A DNA stretch of 64,000 bases from an uncultured bacterium (GTDB taxonomy: Bacteria; Verrucomicrobiota; Kiritimatiellia; RFP12; UBA1067): assembly GCA_902763655.1 (NCBI GenBank), contig CACWSW010000002.1:10519-74518 (forward strand), given 5' to 3'. Below the pieces are notes generated by a model. That model had not been told where the DNA came from, did not search any database, and worked only from the letters and a program-made list of their open reading frames with translations. Shown piece by piece: positions 24,940-34,671 of this stretch (position 1 is its first letter; the number at the start of each line of letters is the position of its first letter). The position numbers and the translations under genes were made by a program.

Positions 24940-25563
24940 ATGAACCTCTTGGCAATCGACAGATCGACCGATACGCAAAGCGTGGCCGTTGCAAAGGACG
25001 GGAAGATCGCCGCGCGCGTCTTCGCCGGCCTTGATTCCCGCAGCGCGGAATGGCCCGTCAAGGTGCGCGACTTCCTCGCGGCCAACGGGCTTGCCGTGGG
25101 AGATGTCGACACGATCCTCGTCGGACAAGGCCCAGGCTCCTTCGCCGGCATCCGCTCCGCCCTGGCGTTCGCCCAGGGGCTTGCCCTTCCAGCAGGCAAG
25201 AAGGTGGTCGGACTCCCCAGCACGCTTGCCCTCGCACGCGAGGGCGCGCGCACGGCCGTCGTCGGCGACGCCAGGCGCGACCGCTTCTGGGTGATAGTCT
25301 ACGACGGCGTCCAGACCGTGAAGGACTTCACGCTCGTGGCGAAGGATGAGCTGGCTAACGCGGTGCCGGAGCATTGCGCCGTCGTCACGCCGGACGGCGC
25401 GCGCATCGAGCCGCTCCTCCGGGCCGTCTTCGCCCACCATTACAAGGGTTCGCTCGTGCCGCTCGCGGCGAACCTCGCCGAGGTGGCGCTCGCGCACCCC
25501 GAGCTGCTCCGCCCGGAGCCGCTGCCCATCTACCTCCAACCCGCAGTACGCCCGCCAGCCTGA
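24940..25563 (+). CDS. tsaB: tRNA threonylcarbamoyladenosine biosynthesis protein TsaB
   Basis: MNLLAIDRSTDTQSVAV...ILVGQGPGSFAGIRSALAFAQGLA is the YeaZ/TsaB signature. Confidence 0.85.
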   Translation: MNLLAIDRSTDTQSVAVAKDGKIAARVFAGLDSRSAEWPVKVRDFLAANGLAVGDVDTILVGQGPGSFAGIRSALAFAQGLALPAGKKVVGLPSTLALAREGARTAVVGDARRDRFWVIVYDGVQTVKDFTLVAKDELANAVPEHCAVVTPDGARIEPLLRAVFAHHYKGSLVPLAANLAEVALAHPELLRPEPLPIYLQPAVRPPA

Positions 25564-25568
25564 CCGCC

Positions 25569-26357
25569 ATGCAACGCATATCCTTCCACGTGAACAGCGA
25601 CAAGCCCGAGGCAGGTGCCGTACGCGCACGCCTCGCAGGCTTCGCACGCGAGATCGGTCTCGACGTGCTTGACGACGCGCGAGCGGATGAGTGCGAGGCC
25701 ATCATCGTCCTTGGCGGCGACGGCACCATGCTCTCTGCGGTGCACCGGTTTCCAGGCATTCCCCTTCTCGGGCTCAACCTCGGCTCGCTCGGCTACCTGG
25801 CGGGCGTGGAGGCCCCGCACTTCGAGGACGCGCTGCGCGCCGTCCGCGACGACGCCTTCACCATCTCGCGCAGGACAGCGCTCTCGGTGAAGGGTCGCAC
25901 GGCGCTGAACGACGTCGTGTTCTCGCGCGGCAACTCTGGCCAGGCGGCCATCATCGCGCTCTCTGTGGACGGATGTGCCGCCACGCGCTTCTTCGCGGAC
26001 GGGCTGGTAATCGCCACGCCTACCGGCTCCACCGCATATTCGCTCGCCGCAGGCGGACCGATCCTGCTGCCGGACTCGCGGTCTGTCGTAGTCACGCCCG
26101 TCTGCCCCCACGCCCTCTCGTCGCGCCCATTCGTGGTGCGCGAGGACTCGCGGCTGTCAGTCCGCCTTGTGGCGCGCCCCGGCGCGGAGACACTTGACAT
26201 CTTCGCAGACGGCGAGGCCGTCGCGCAGGTCCATGAGGGCGAGGAGGTCATCGTGGAGAAGGCATCGGTGACGGTGCCGCTCGTGGAGCTACCCGGTGCC
26301 GATCCGTTCGAGGTGCTCAGCCGCAAGCTCGGCTGGGCGGGTTCGTCTATCAGATGA
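25569..26357 (+). CDS. nadK: NAD kinase
   Basis: The real start is ATG 25569 (MQRISFHVN); the track ORF starts too early. Motifs: IIVLGGDGTMLSA, NLGSLGYL, DGLVIATPTGSTAYSLAAGGPIL. Confidence 0.9.
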   Translation: MQRISFHVNSDKPEAGAVRARLAGFAREIGLDVLDDARADECEAIIVLGGDGTMLSAVHRFPGIPLLGLNLGSLGYLAGVEAPHFEDALRAVRDDAFTISRRTALSVKGRTALNDVVFSRGNSGQAAIIALSVDGCAATRFFADGLVIATPTGSTAYSLAAGGPILLPDSRSVVVTPVCPHALSSRPFVVREDSRLSVRLVARPGAETLDIFADGEAVAQVHEGEEVIVEKASVTVPLVELPGADPFEVLSRKLGWAGSSIR

Positions 26358-26361
26358 CGCC

Positions 26362-27042
26362 ATGACGGAACTTGAAGAGAAGATCGGCTACGAATTCCGC
26401 GATCCCGCCCTGCTGGATCGCGCGCTGACGACGCCGGCCTGCCGCATGTCGAACCCGCACGTCGCCGACAACCAGAGGCTCGAGTTCCTGGGCGATGCCG
26501 TCTTCGGGCTTCTTTCGGCGGATGTCGTGTTCGCAGCGTATCCCGACGAGCAGGAGGGACGCCTCACCGTCCGGCGCACGCACCTAGTCTCGGGAACGGT
26601 CCTTGCCGAGGCCGGCGAGCGCATCGGGCTGGAGAAGTTCCTCAAGCGCAACACGGGCGCACACCCGCTGCCGCCGCATGCGAAGGTGATCGCGGACGCG
26701 CTCGAGGCCGTGATGGGGGCAGTGTGGCTCGACGGCGGACTTGCCGCCGCGCAGGCCGTATTCGCCCGGCTCGGGCTGCCGATCGACGCACCGCTCAACG
26801 AATGGGCCGCCAACCCGAAGGGCTACCTGCAGGTGAAGGCGCAGGCGCACAAGCCGCCGGCACGCCCCATTTACGAGACGTTGAAGACGGAAGGCCCGTC
26901 GCACGCGCCCGTCGTAACCGTGCGCGTGACCGTGGAAGGGCTGGGCGAGGCCACGGCCACGGCCGGCTCGAAGACCGCGGCGGAGATCGCAGCAGCAGCA
27001 ACGCTGCTCGAACAGCTTGACAAATCGAACAAGGAGAATTGA
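26362..27042 (+). CDS. rnc: Ribonuclease III
   Basis: Start ATG 26362 (MTELEEKIGYEFRD). Catalytic signature NQRLEFLGDAV. C-terminal dsRBD (PKGYLQVKAQAHKPPARPIYETLKTEGPSHAPVVTVRV). Confidence 0.9.
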   Translation: MTELEEKIGYEFRDPALLDRALTTPACRMSNPHVADNQRLEFLGDAVFGLLSADVVFAAYPDEQEGRLTVRRTHLVSGTVLAEAGERIGLEKFLKRNTGAHPLPPHAKVIADALEAVMGAVWLDGGLAAAQAVFARLGLPIDAPLNEWAANPKGYLQVKAQAHKPPARPIYETLKTEGPSHAPVVTVRVTVEGLGEATATAGSKTAAEIAAAATLLEQLDKSNKEN

Positions 27043-27043
27043 C

Positions 27044-27544
27044 ATGGACAGCAAAGAACCGCTTGTTGGAATCGTGATGGGGTCGGACAGCGACTGGCCC
27101 CTCGTTCAGAAGGCCTGCGCGACGCTCGACGGATTTGGCGTCCCGTACGAGACGCGCGTGATCAGCGCGCACCGCACGCCTGACGTGGCGCTGGAGTACT
27201 CGAAGACCGCCGAGTCGCGCGGCATCAAGGTGATCATCGCCGCCGCAGGCGGCGCGGCGCACCTTGGCGGCGTTCTCGCCGCAGGCACCGTGCTTCCCGT
27301 TATCGGCATCCCGGTGGCGGGCGGTGCGCTGAACGGGCTGGATGCGCTCTACGCGACGGTGCAGATGCCGTCAGGCGTGCCGGTGGCGACAGTCGCCGTG
27401 GGCAGCGCAGGCCCGACCAACGCCGCGCTTCTGGCAGTGCAGATCCTCGGCACGTCCGACGCGTCTCTTCGCGAGAAGTTCCGCGCCCACAAGGAGACTC
27501 TCCGCACGAAAGTCGCCGCAGCCAACGAGAAGATCCACGCATGA
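27044..27544 (+). CDS. purE: 5-(carboxyamino)imidazole ribonucleotide mutase
   Basis: VGIVMGSDSDWPLV, RVISAHRTP and IIAAAGGAAHLGGVLAAGTVLPVIGIPV are hallmark PurE motifs. The start is probably ATG 27044. Confidence 0.9.
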   Translation: MDSKEPLVGIVMGSDSDWPLVQKACATLDGFGVPYETRVISAHRTPDVALEYSKTAESRGIKVIIAAAGGAAHLGGVLAAGTVLPVIGIPVAGGALNGLDALYATVQMPSGVPVATVAVGSAGPTNAALLAVQILGTSDASLREKFRAHKETLRTKVAAANEKIHA

Positions 27545-28317
27545 GGCTACGCGTTTTCGGGAGCGGATCAAAGGGCAACGCGCTCGCGATACGGTCAGGC
27601 GGAACGCTTCTTCTTCTGGATTGCGGCTTCTCGTGCCGCGAGCTGGAAAAGCGCATGACCGCCTGCGGCGTGTGCCCCGCCGACGTGACCGCCGTCCTCT
27701 TCACCCACGACCACGACGACCACTGCAAGGGAATCGCCACCTTCCACAAACGCCACCCGCTGGTGCCGCTCTATGCGAACGGCAACACGGCGGACGCCAT
27801 CGCCACGCTGACTGGCGTCGAAGACGGCTGGCGCATCTTCGAGACAGGGGAACCGTTCGCGATCGGCGACGTTTCCGTCTCCGCGTTCTCCATCCCGCAC
27901 GATGCCGCCGACACGGTTGGATATCTCTTCTCGGACGCAGCCTCGTCCCTCTTCGTCGCAACGGACATGGGCGTGCCGACCTTGCCAGTGAAGTACGCGC
28001 TCGCGCAAGCCACGTGCGCGGTGCTGGAGTCGAATCACGACCCGACGCTCCTCGCCTGCTCCGACCGTCCGGTCTCGCTCAAGCAGCGCATCGCCGGCCG
28101 TTGCGGACATCTCTCGAACCTGGACGCCGCCGATCTCGTGCGCGAGGTGGCACCGCCGAACCTGAAGACGCTCCTGCTCGCACACCTTTCGCGCCCCTGC
28201 AACGCGCCGCACCTCGCGCTGGAGTCCATGCGCGAAGCGCTCAAAGACATCGAGCGCGAAGATGTCGCGCTGGCCGCCCTGGACCAGGACGAGCCTAGCG
28301 ATCTATACGAGTTCTGA
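27541..28317 (+). CDS. MBL-fold metallo-hydrolase
   Basis: ATGA overlap with purE. HxHxDH motif in FTHDHDDHCKG, plus downstream His/Asp ligands. Confidence 0.8.
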   Translation: MRLRVFGSGSKGNALAIRSGGTLLLLDCGFSCRELEKRMTACGVCPADVTAVLFTHDHDDHCKGIATFHKRHPLVPLYANGNTADAIATLTGVEDGWRIFETGEPFAIGDVSVSAFSIPHDAADTVGYLFSDAASSLFVATDMGVPTLPVKYALAQATCAVLESNHDPTLLACSDRPVSLKQRIAGRCGHLSNLDAADLVREVAPPNLKTLLLAHLSRPCNAPHLALESMREALKDIEREDVALAALDQDEPSDLYEF

Positions 28318-28335
28318 CCGCAGGCTGCGCGGCGG

Positions 28336-29625
28336 CTATTTTGCCCGGCGCTCGCCGGTGTGCCAGGTTATCAGGTGCCAGAAGAGGGAATGGCGCGTGC
28401 GACCGTCCTTGCGGTCCCAGCACTCCCAGAACGTCCAGAACGGCGACCAGTTGCGGTCAAAGCCTTCCGAGTGGCGGATTGGGTTCAACTCCAGGACTCG
28501 CTGGCGCGAGCGGCCCTTCACCGTCGTCGAGCTCCAGAACGGCCAGACGCGCGTGTAGGACGCGACCTCCGTGCGCGTTCCGTCCTTAGCCTTCGAGAAT
28601 CGCCGCTCGCTTGTCCAGAACGGGAACACCGTGAAACGCGTCTCCAGCGTCCTGTCGGACTCCAGCTCCGAATCCTCCACAAGGTACCACCCGTAGCGGC
28701 GCGTACGCTCCTCCACCTTCTCCTTGCGTCCCTTGTCGGCGTATGGATAGCCGTCGATCGCCTCGTAGAACGGCCAGACGGAAATGCGGTCGCGCACTGT
28801 GGAATGCAGGACATCCACCAGCGGCCACGGCAGCCGCCAGCGAGTGGCCTTGTCGGTCCGCGCGTAGGAGAAGAACGGCGGCAGCACGAGCGTCTGCGAT
28901 TCCCGTGCGCGGCGGACCTGACCGTAGAACGGCAAGAACATCCATGACGAGCCTGCACCGGAAGTGTCGCGGTCCTCCAGGTAGCTTGCCCACGTGAAAA
29001 GCGGCCACAGCGCGTAGCCGTGCTCGGACTCGCGCTGCGTTGCGGTCCCGTAGAACGGCCACACTCCCACGCCCGCGCGCGGTTCGTCGCGCCAGGTGAC
29101 GAACGGCCACAGGATCGCGCGGCTCCTCACGTCCTTCACGGAGTACGACTGCCATATCGGCCACAGGATGAAGTCCCAGTCATCCATGAAGAAGAAGTGC
29201 GGGTGATGTCCGTAGATCGGGAAGAATCCCCAATAGCCGTCATCCTTCCTGTCGCAGCCGCTGAACCAGAGCGGAAACACGTTGAAGCTCCACGTGGGAT
29301 CGTCATCGCGAGAGTCGCCATATGCAATGGCAGCGCGCCACCAGTCGGCCTTGTTGTGGTAGTGATAGGTTCCAAGCGGCCACAGAACATCGCACGCGAA
29401 GGTGTCGGAGGCTGGCGCGTCGACCTGGGAATAGAACGGACGGATCGCCCAGAACGACGACTGGCCTGGGGCGGCGCGCCGATACTCGAACAACGGCCCG
29501 AAGTTCCAGTGCGATCTCGTGCTCCCTCCGATACGCGCCTTCTCCGCCTCTACATCGGCGGCAAGGGACTGCAAGGACAAAAGGGCAAAGGATAAAAGAC
29601 AAACGGCTCTAGCGACGGACTTCAT
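28336..29625 (-). CDS. Secreted Trp/Pro/Phe-rich repeat protein of unknown function
   Basis: Signal peptide MKSVARAVCLLSFALLSLQSLAA. At least 10 irregular repeats centre on WP[FL][FYV] (LWPLGTY, FPLWF, LWPIW, LWPFVTW, VWPFYG, LWPLFTW, WPLVD, VWPFYE, FPFWT, VWPFWS). I do not recognise the family. Confidence 0.6.
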   Translation of the reverse strand: MKSVARAVCLLSFALLSLQSLAADVEAEKARIGGSTRSHWNFGPLFEYRRAAPGQSSFWAIRPFYSQVDAPASDTFACDVLWPLGTYHYHNKADWWRAAIAYGDSRDDDPTWSFNVFPLWFSGCDRKDDGYWGFFPIYGHHPHFFFMDDWDFILWPIWQSYSVKDVRSRAILWPFVTWRDEPRAGVGVWPFYGTATQRESEHGYALWPLFTWASYLEDRDTSGAGSSWMFLPFYGQVRRARESQTLVLPPFFSYARTDKATRWRLPWPLVDVLHSTVRDRISVWPFYEAIDGYPYADKGRKEKVEERTRRYGWYLVEDSELESDRTLETRFTVFPFWTSERRFSKAKDGTRTEVASYTRVWPFWSSTTVKGRSRQRVLELNPIRHSEGFDRNWSPFWTFWECWDRKDGRTRHSLFWHLITWHTGERRAK

Positions 29626-29660
29626 TCACCATTCACCTTTCACCATTCACCTTTCACTTC
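29621..29660. repeat. CACCTTTCA / CACCATTCA unit array (same family as 2613-2643)
   Basis: The 20-mer TTCACCTTTCACCATTCACC at 29632-29651 is identical to 2622-2641. The array lies between two minus-strand genes. Confidence 0.85.
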
Positions 29661-32600
29661 TTCATCTGGGCGGCCTTCTGCAGCTTCTCGAACTCGCCGA
29701 GGTCGTACTTGGAAAGCTCGGATTGGCGCTTCTGAATCTTCTTGATCGTGCTACGTGCCTGGGATCGGCTCTGATCGTCGCCCTTGGCGAGCTGCACGCG
29801 AGCAAGCGTAATGTACATGCGGATATCATCGACCTGGTTTTTGCCAGACTTCGAGAGCTTGATGGCCTGGTTCACGCAGGTCTCCGCTTCGTCAAGGCTC
29901 TTCTTCTGGTCCAGAAGCGCGGAGCCGAGCGTCTCCCACGCCACGTACAGGTCGGGGTCCGTCTTGGTCGCGTCCCTCGCGAACTTCTCGGCCTCTTCCG
30001 GACGCTGGAGGCGGCGCAGCACCTCCGCGAGGTCGTTCTGCGCGGCGGCCAAAGGCCGCTCGGCGCTGACGGAGAGGCGGAGGAAAGTCTCGGCGATGCT
30101 GTACTCGCCGGCTCTCAGGCGCAACGACCCCATAACGTAGTTGGCGAGCTTGTTGGAACGGTCCTGCCGCAGAAGCTGGCGCGCGTGCGTCTCCGCGCTC
30201 TCGCCGTCGTCGAGCGCGATGTCGAGGTTGAGGATCATGTCGCCGACGGAGATGACGTCGGGACGCGACCTCGAGGCCACGACCAGCGCGTCGCGCGCCT
30301 GCTTCTGGTGAGCCTTGCCCTTGCGCATCCACACGAGCGCGCGCGTCATCTGCAGGTAGTAGTTCCTGGGCGAGTCTGCGATCGTCTCCATCTTCGGCAG
30401 GATCACCGACTCAAGCTCGTGGAACGCCGACTTCTTCGCGGCATCGTCCTTTGCCTGGTCTATCTCCTGAAGCAGAACTCCGGCCAGCAGCGCCCACGCC
30501 TGGAGGCTCTTTGGCTGGAGATCCGTCACCTTCTGCAGCGCCATTCGCGCAGCGCCGAGGTCGTTGTTCATCAGGTGGAGGAGCGCCCAGTCGAAGGATG
30601 TGGTCGCCACATTGTCCGTTGCGGACTTCACGGCCTTCGAAAGGAATCCCTTCGCCTTCTCCATGTCGCCAGACTGCATCGCGAGACGCATCATGCCCAT
30701 GAGAGCGTCGTGGTTGTTCTCGTCCTTCTCGAGAACCTTCTCGTACACCGCCTTTGAGTGCTTGGTCTGGTTGCCGCTGGCGTAGATGGCGGCCATCATG
30801 TTGAGCAGGCCGGTCTGCCTGTCCGGCGGGACGAAGTTGATCGCGCGCTGCACCTGCGCGATGGCGTTGCCAGTCTGCCCGGAGCGCGCCCACTCGTAGC
30901 CCATGCGCGCAAAGATCTCCGGAGAACGGATGTAGCCGTAGTAGCGGGACAGCGACCACAGCCTGTAGCGCCGCTTGGAATCGTCCACGATCGCCTTCAG
31001 CTTCTTCTCGATCTCCTTCTTGTGCGGCACCGCCACCTTCACTCCGGCACGGACCATCTCGAACTCGTTGAAGAGTGCGCAGATGTTGTCGCTGTCGATC
31101 TTCTCGAGCACGAGGTCGTAGAGCTCGAACGCGTCGTTGTCCATCCCGATGTCCTGCAGGACGACACCGAGGTTGTTCGCGATGAATCCGACGTGGCGGC
31201 GCATCTGCATGCGCATGCGGTCCACGGGATCCTCGATCTCGAATATCCCGCGGGACCCCTTTCTGGTGCCGGGGGCAAGGATCGGGTCGATTTCCTTCCA
31301 GAACGACAGGAACTCCTCCTTCGCCTTCGCGCCGTCGACCTTCTTGACGTCCTTGACGCCGCCGAAGAAGAGGCACTCCGGCACCGGCACGCGCTCAGAC
31401 ATGTACCACAGGTCGGGCACGCCGAAGATGGCCACCTGGGACTCAACGTTCGTGTCACCGGCGAACCAGTCCTGCAGGAACGAGAGGACGCCGAGCTGGA
31501 TGGATATCGAAAGATCCGCGCTCCCAGCCGAGAGCCCCTTCTCGCGCACCGTCTCGGCCAGCTCCTTCAGGTAGGCGTCGTCCATGTCGCGGTGGAGGCA
31601 AATGAGGTTGAGCTCGCGTCCGCGCGCTGCCGCCGCCGCACGCAGCTGGTCGTCGATCATTCCGTCGGTCACGATCCACTTCCGGTCCCCGAGCCTGTCA
31701 ATGATGGCGTTCGCGCACACGTCAGCGAACGCGCCGCGGTCGCGCGAGAAGGATGCCGCGTTCACGATGGCCGACAAGACCAGCAGCAGCGCAAAGGCTC
31801 CGGCGATGAACGGCGCCATCCGGTGGCCCACGGTAATGGCAGCGTCGAGCTTGTCGAACTCCACCGGCGGCAACGGCGCGCGCGCCAGCAGATACCAGTA
31901 GGCGAGCAGGTAGCCGCATGCCATCGCCACGAGGACTGACGTCGCGACGGGCGAGATGCCGAACGGGCGCATGACACCCTCAGGCGACAGCTTCGTCGCG
32001 GTCGCCAGGATCATGCAGATCGTCATGGCCGCATGGAACGTGTACTGGCTCCATGTGCGCTCGTTGTTGAGGCCGCGCACCGACGCGAAGGAGCATACCA
32101 CGAACGGCGCCACGGCCAGCACGAAGATGTACAGCCATCCCGGCCGCGATATCCACTGGCGCATCTCGTGCGCGTACGCCGTCCATATGCTCTTCCACAC
32201 GTCGCCAGAGCTCGCCACGCCCGCCGTCTTCGCCTCGGGCAGCAGCAGGAAGCCGTTTGCCACCTTGTTCATCGTCACGACGTAGCATACGGAGAAAAAC
32301 ACGAGGAAGATGGCCATGGGCAGGTAGAACTTGCGGCCGGTCTTCACGGACGCCACCACTACGAGGAGCATGCAGAGGGGAAGCAGCGGCAGGAATATCA
32401 CGCTTTCGGCAAGGCCGATCCCGCATCCTATCGCGATCACCGCGGTGCAGTACGGCATTGCCTTCGGCCAGTGGATAGCCGGAATGAAGACGGAAAACAC
32501 AGCCAGCGCAAGGAACACGTCGAACATGCCGTAATCGAGGTGGGTGGATGACTGCCAGATCGCCGTCGAGAATATGAAGACAAAGGCCGCCCCGATGCCG

Positions 32601-32977
32601 GACAGCAGCGAGGCGCCGCGCGCCAGCTTGACGGTGTCCTCGTTGTGTGTCGACTGGTGGACGAAGTATCCCACGAGACCGCACAGGAGTCCCGCCGAAA
32701 GCACGCCGCACACCATCGACATCACATTCAGCCGAAGCCCCATGGCCCCGCCTCCGAAGGCCTTCACGAGCCCACCCCATATCGGATGGATAGGCACCTT
32801 CAGCGCATCCATTCCCATCCACTGCGTCGCAAGGCTTGTCGACGAATCGGGGAACATGTATCCGGCCAGCGTCAGCGAGTATACCGCAAGCGCCACTAGC
32901 GAGGCTCCTAATGCCGCCAGCCACAGGCTCCATCCAAGCGTCACAGGTGCGCCCTGGGTGTTCTTGCTATCAGACAT
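29654..32977 (-). CDS. Polytopic membrane protein (DUF2723/glycosyltransferase-like N-terminus) with long C-terminal TPR region
   Basis: About 12 hydrophobic segments in the first ~420 aa. The C-terminal ~650 aa hold many TPR-like helical pairs (AIAQVQRAINF, AVYEKVLEKD, AWALLAGVLL, AWETLGSALLDQ). Confidence 0.55.
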   Translation of the reverse strand: MSDSKNTQGAPVTLGWSLWLAALGASLVALAVYSLTLAGYMFPDSSTSLATQWMGMDALKVPIHPIWGGLVKAFGGGAMGLRLNVMSMVCGVLSAGLLCGLVGYFVHQSTHNEDTVKLARGASLLSGIGAAFVFIFSTAIWQSSTHLDYGMFDVFLALAVFSVFIPAIHWPKAMPYCTAVIAIGCGIGLAESVIFLPLLPLCMLLVVVASVKTGRKFYLPMAIFLVFFSVCYVVTMNKVANGFLLLPEAKTAGVASSGDVWKSIWTAYAHEMRQWISRPGWLYIFVLAVAPFVVCSFASVRGLNNERTWSQYTFHAAMTICMILATATKLSPEGVMRPFGISPVATSVLVAMACGYLLAYWYLLARAPLPPVEFDKLDAAITVGHRMAPFIAGAFALLLVLSAIVNAASFSRDRGAFADVCANAIIDRLGDRKWIVTDGMIDDQLRAAAAARGRELNLICLHRDMDDAYLKELAETVREKGLSAGSADLSISIQLGVLSFLQDWFAGDTNVESQVAIFGVPDLWYMSERVPVPECLFFGGVKDVKKVDGAKAKEEFLSFWKEIDPILAPGTRKGSRGIFEIEDPVDRMRMQMRRHVGFIANNLGVVLQDIGMDNDAFELYDLVLEKIDSDNICALFNEFEMVRAGVKVAVPHKKEIEKKLKAIVDDSKRRYRLWSLSRYYGYIRSPEIFARMGYEWARSGQTGNAIAQVQRAINFVPPDRQTGLLNMMAAIYASGNQTKHSKAVYEKVLEKDENNHDALMGMMRLAMQSGDMEKAKGFLSKAVKSATDNVATTSFDWALLHLMNNDLGAARMALQKVTDLQPKSLQAWALLAGVLLQEIDQAKDDAAKKSAFHELESVILPKMETIADSPRNYYLQMTRALVWMRKGKAHQKQARDALVVASRSRPDVISVGDMILNLDIALDDGESAETHARQLLRQDRSNKLANYVMGSLRLRAGEYSIAETFLRLSVSAERPLAAAQNDLAEVLRRLQRPEEAEKFARDATKTDPDLYVAWETLGSALLDQKKSLDEAETCVNQAIKLSKSGKNQVDDIRMYITLARVQLAKGDDQSRSQARSTIKKIQKRQSELSKYDLGEFEKLQKAAQMKK

Positions 32978-33076
32978 TCCGTCGTCCTTTCTTTCTGCTT
33001 TTCCGTCACGACAACTTGTTGCGAGAATCGGCGTAAATTATACCCTAAATCCTTCACTTGCGAAAGCGCAAAGTTT

Positions 33077-34663
33077 CTAGAGACCTCCAACAGTGGCGTT
33101 TTCTTGCGCGGAGGCGCCCGACTCGGACACCTTCAGCCACTTGCGCACGGTGTTCTCGGAACATCCGAGCCGCCTTGCTATCTCCTTCACCGGCCGGTCT
33201 TTGTACCTGTCCGCCACCATGCGGACGTGCCTGGCCACGGCCGCGTCCAGCGATTCGTCGTCCGACACCGGCTCATGGCCCATGTCGCGGCGAAGCCCCG
33301 CGTTCTCGCGCTTCCAGTGCTCCACCAGCTCTCCAAAGTCCGTCACCTTCATGACTCGCGCGTAGATCAGCATGTTCTCGAGCTCGCGCGCGTTGCCGGG
33401 GAAGTCGTATCGGCAAAGCGCGGCGCGCTGCTCGCGGCTGAGCGACTTCCCCGTCTCGCGGTACCAGATGGTCTTCGCGATCTCGGGAATGTCCTCCGGC
33501 CGTTCGGCGAGCGACTTCATCCTGATCTGTATGACGTTCAGGCGGTAGTAGAGGTCCTCGCGGAAGCGCCCCTCGTTCACGAGCCGCACTATGTCCTTGT
33601 TAGTCGCGGCGATGATGCGCACGTTCTGTATCCTGCGCGGCACCGACTCGCCGACCTTCAGGAAATCGCCGTCCTGTAGCACGCGCAGGAGCTGCCCCTG
33701 CATCTCAAGGTCAAGCTCCGCCACCTCGTCAAGGAACAGCGTTCCGTTCGCCGCCGCCTCGAGGAGTCCCCGGCTGTCGCGCGCGTCCGTGAACGCGCCC
33801 TTCACGCTGCCGAAGAGCTTGCTCTCGAACAGGCTCGCCGTAGTGCATGCGCAGTTGAACGTGAGGAAAGCGCCGTTCGCGCGGCTCTTCGACTTGCGGT
33901 GGATCAGCTGCGCGACCGTCTCCTTGCCGGTGCCGCTCGGCCCGGTGATGAGCACGCGGACTACAGGGTCGTCGCACTCCGCCGCCTTCTCCGCCATCTG
34001 CCGCACCTCCAGCATGTGCGGGCTCACGCCTATCAGCTCGCGCTTCCCCCACTTGTTGTAGTAGTCGACTATCTTGTGCAGGTCCGTCTCGAGCGCATCG
34101 TAGCGCACACCGTTCGCGAGACCGAATATCGCCCTCGGGTAGTACCCCATCTCGCGGTCGTTCTTGTGCTTCCAGTCCGCAGCCGTGAACAGGTGCCGGT
34201 ACCGCCCCTCCTCGGAGTCGCCCTTCGTCCTGCCAAACGCGAAGCGCCTGAACGTCTCCACATCCTTTTGCGTCACCTGGCGCGGAAAAGCCTTCTGCAC
34301 GGCATCGAAGAGGTCGCCTTCCGCAATCACGACCTTGTCGAACACCGACCCGCCATCCTTCATCATGAACTCGATGGCGACCTCCGACGGCATCTCCCTC
34401 GCGCTGATCCACCAGACCTTTACGCCCGCATCCTTGAGCGCCCGCAGCTCGGCCGCTATCGCCTTCGGGTCCTTCGTGAGGCCAACTCCCAGCACATACA
34501 CCTCGGAGCAGGTCTCTGCGCAATGCTTCAGCGCCGTCGGCAGGTACTGCTGCGAAGACCCTATGACCTCCGCGGAGCACTTGAACGCGCACCGCAGCAG
34601 CATCGCCGCCGCCGGCGCGTACTCCGGCAGCCCCCAGCCGGTCATTATCATTCGCTTTGCCAT
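33077..34663 (-). CDS. Sigma-54-dependent transcriptional activator (bEBP) with an unrecognised ~230-aa N-terminal domain
   Basis: AAA+ core: VLITGPSGTGKE (Walker A), GAFTDA (variant of GAFTGA), GTLFLDEV (Walker B), IIAATN, FREDLYYRL, GNARELEN. C-terminal HTH: VKEIARRLGCSENTVRKWL. Confidence 0.85.
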   Translation of the reverse strand: MAKRMIMTGWGLPEYAPAAAMLLRCAFKCSAEVIGSSQQYLPTALKHCAETCSEVYVLGVGLTKDPKAIAAELRALKDAGVKVWWISAREMPSEVAIEFMMKDGGSVFDKVVIAEGDLFDAVQKAFPRQVTQKDVETFRRFAFGRTKGDSEEGRYRHLFTAADWKHKNDREMGYYPRAIFGLANGVRYDALETDLHKIVDYYNKWGKRELIGVSPHMLEVRQMAEKAAECDDPVVRVLITGPSGTGKETVAQLIHRKSKSRANGAFLTFNCACTTASLFESKLFGSVKGAFTDARDSRGLLEAAANGTLFLDEVAELDLEMQGQLLRVLQDGDFLKVGESVPRRIQNVRIIAATNKDIVRLVNEGRFREDLYYRLNVIQIRMKSLAERPEDIPEIAKTIWYRETGKSLSREQRAALCRYDFPGNARELENMLIYARVMKVTDFGELVEHWKRENAGLRRDMGHEPVSDDESLDAAVARHVRMVADRYKDRPVKEIARRLGCSENTVRKWLKVSESGASAQENATVGGL

Positions 34664-34671
34664 GGCGCTCC

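Noticed and set aside
24853-25647. N-terminal 265 aa of track ORF 22264..25647.
   Set aside because: This extension overlaps tsaB on the opposite strand and has shadow-frame composition. A signal-peptide start (MKKILPAIL) with an RBS sits at 24852.
33037-33042. TATAAT (minus strand) as the promoter of the DUF2723/TPR gene.
   Set aside because: No TG extension and no acceptable -35 at 17-18 nt. A single hexamer is too weak to call.
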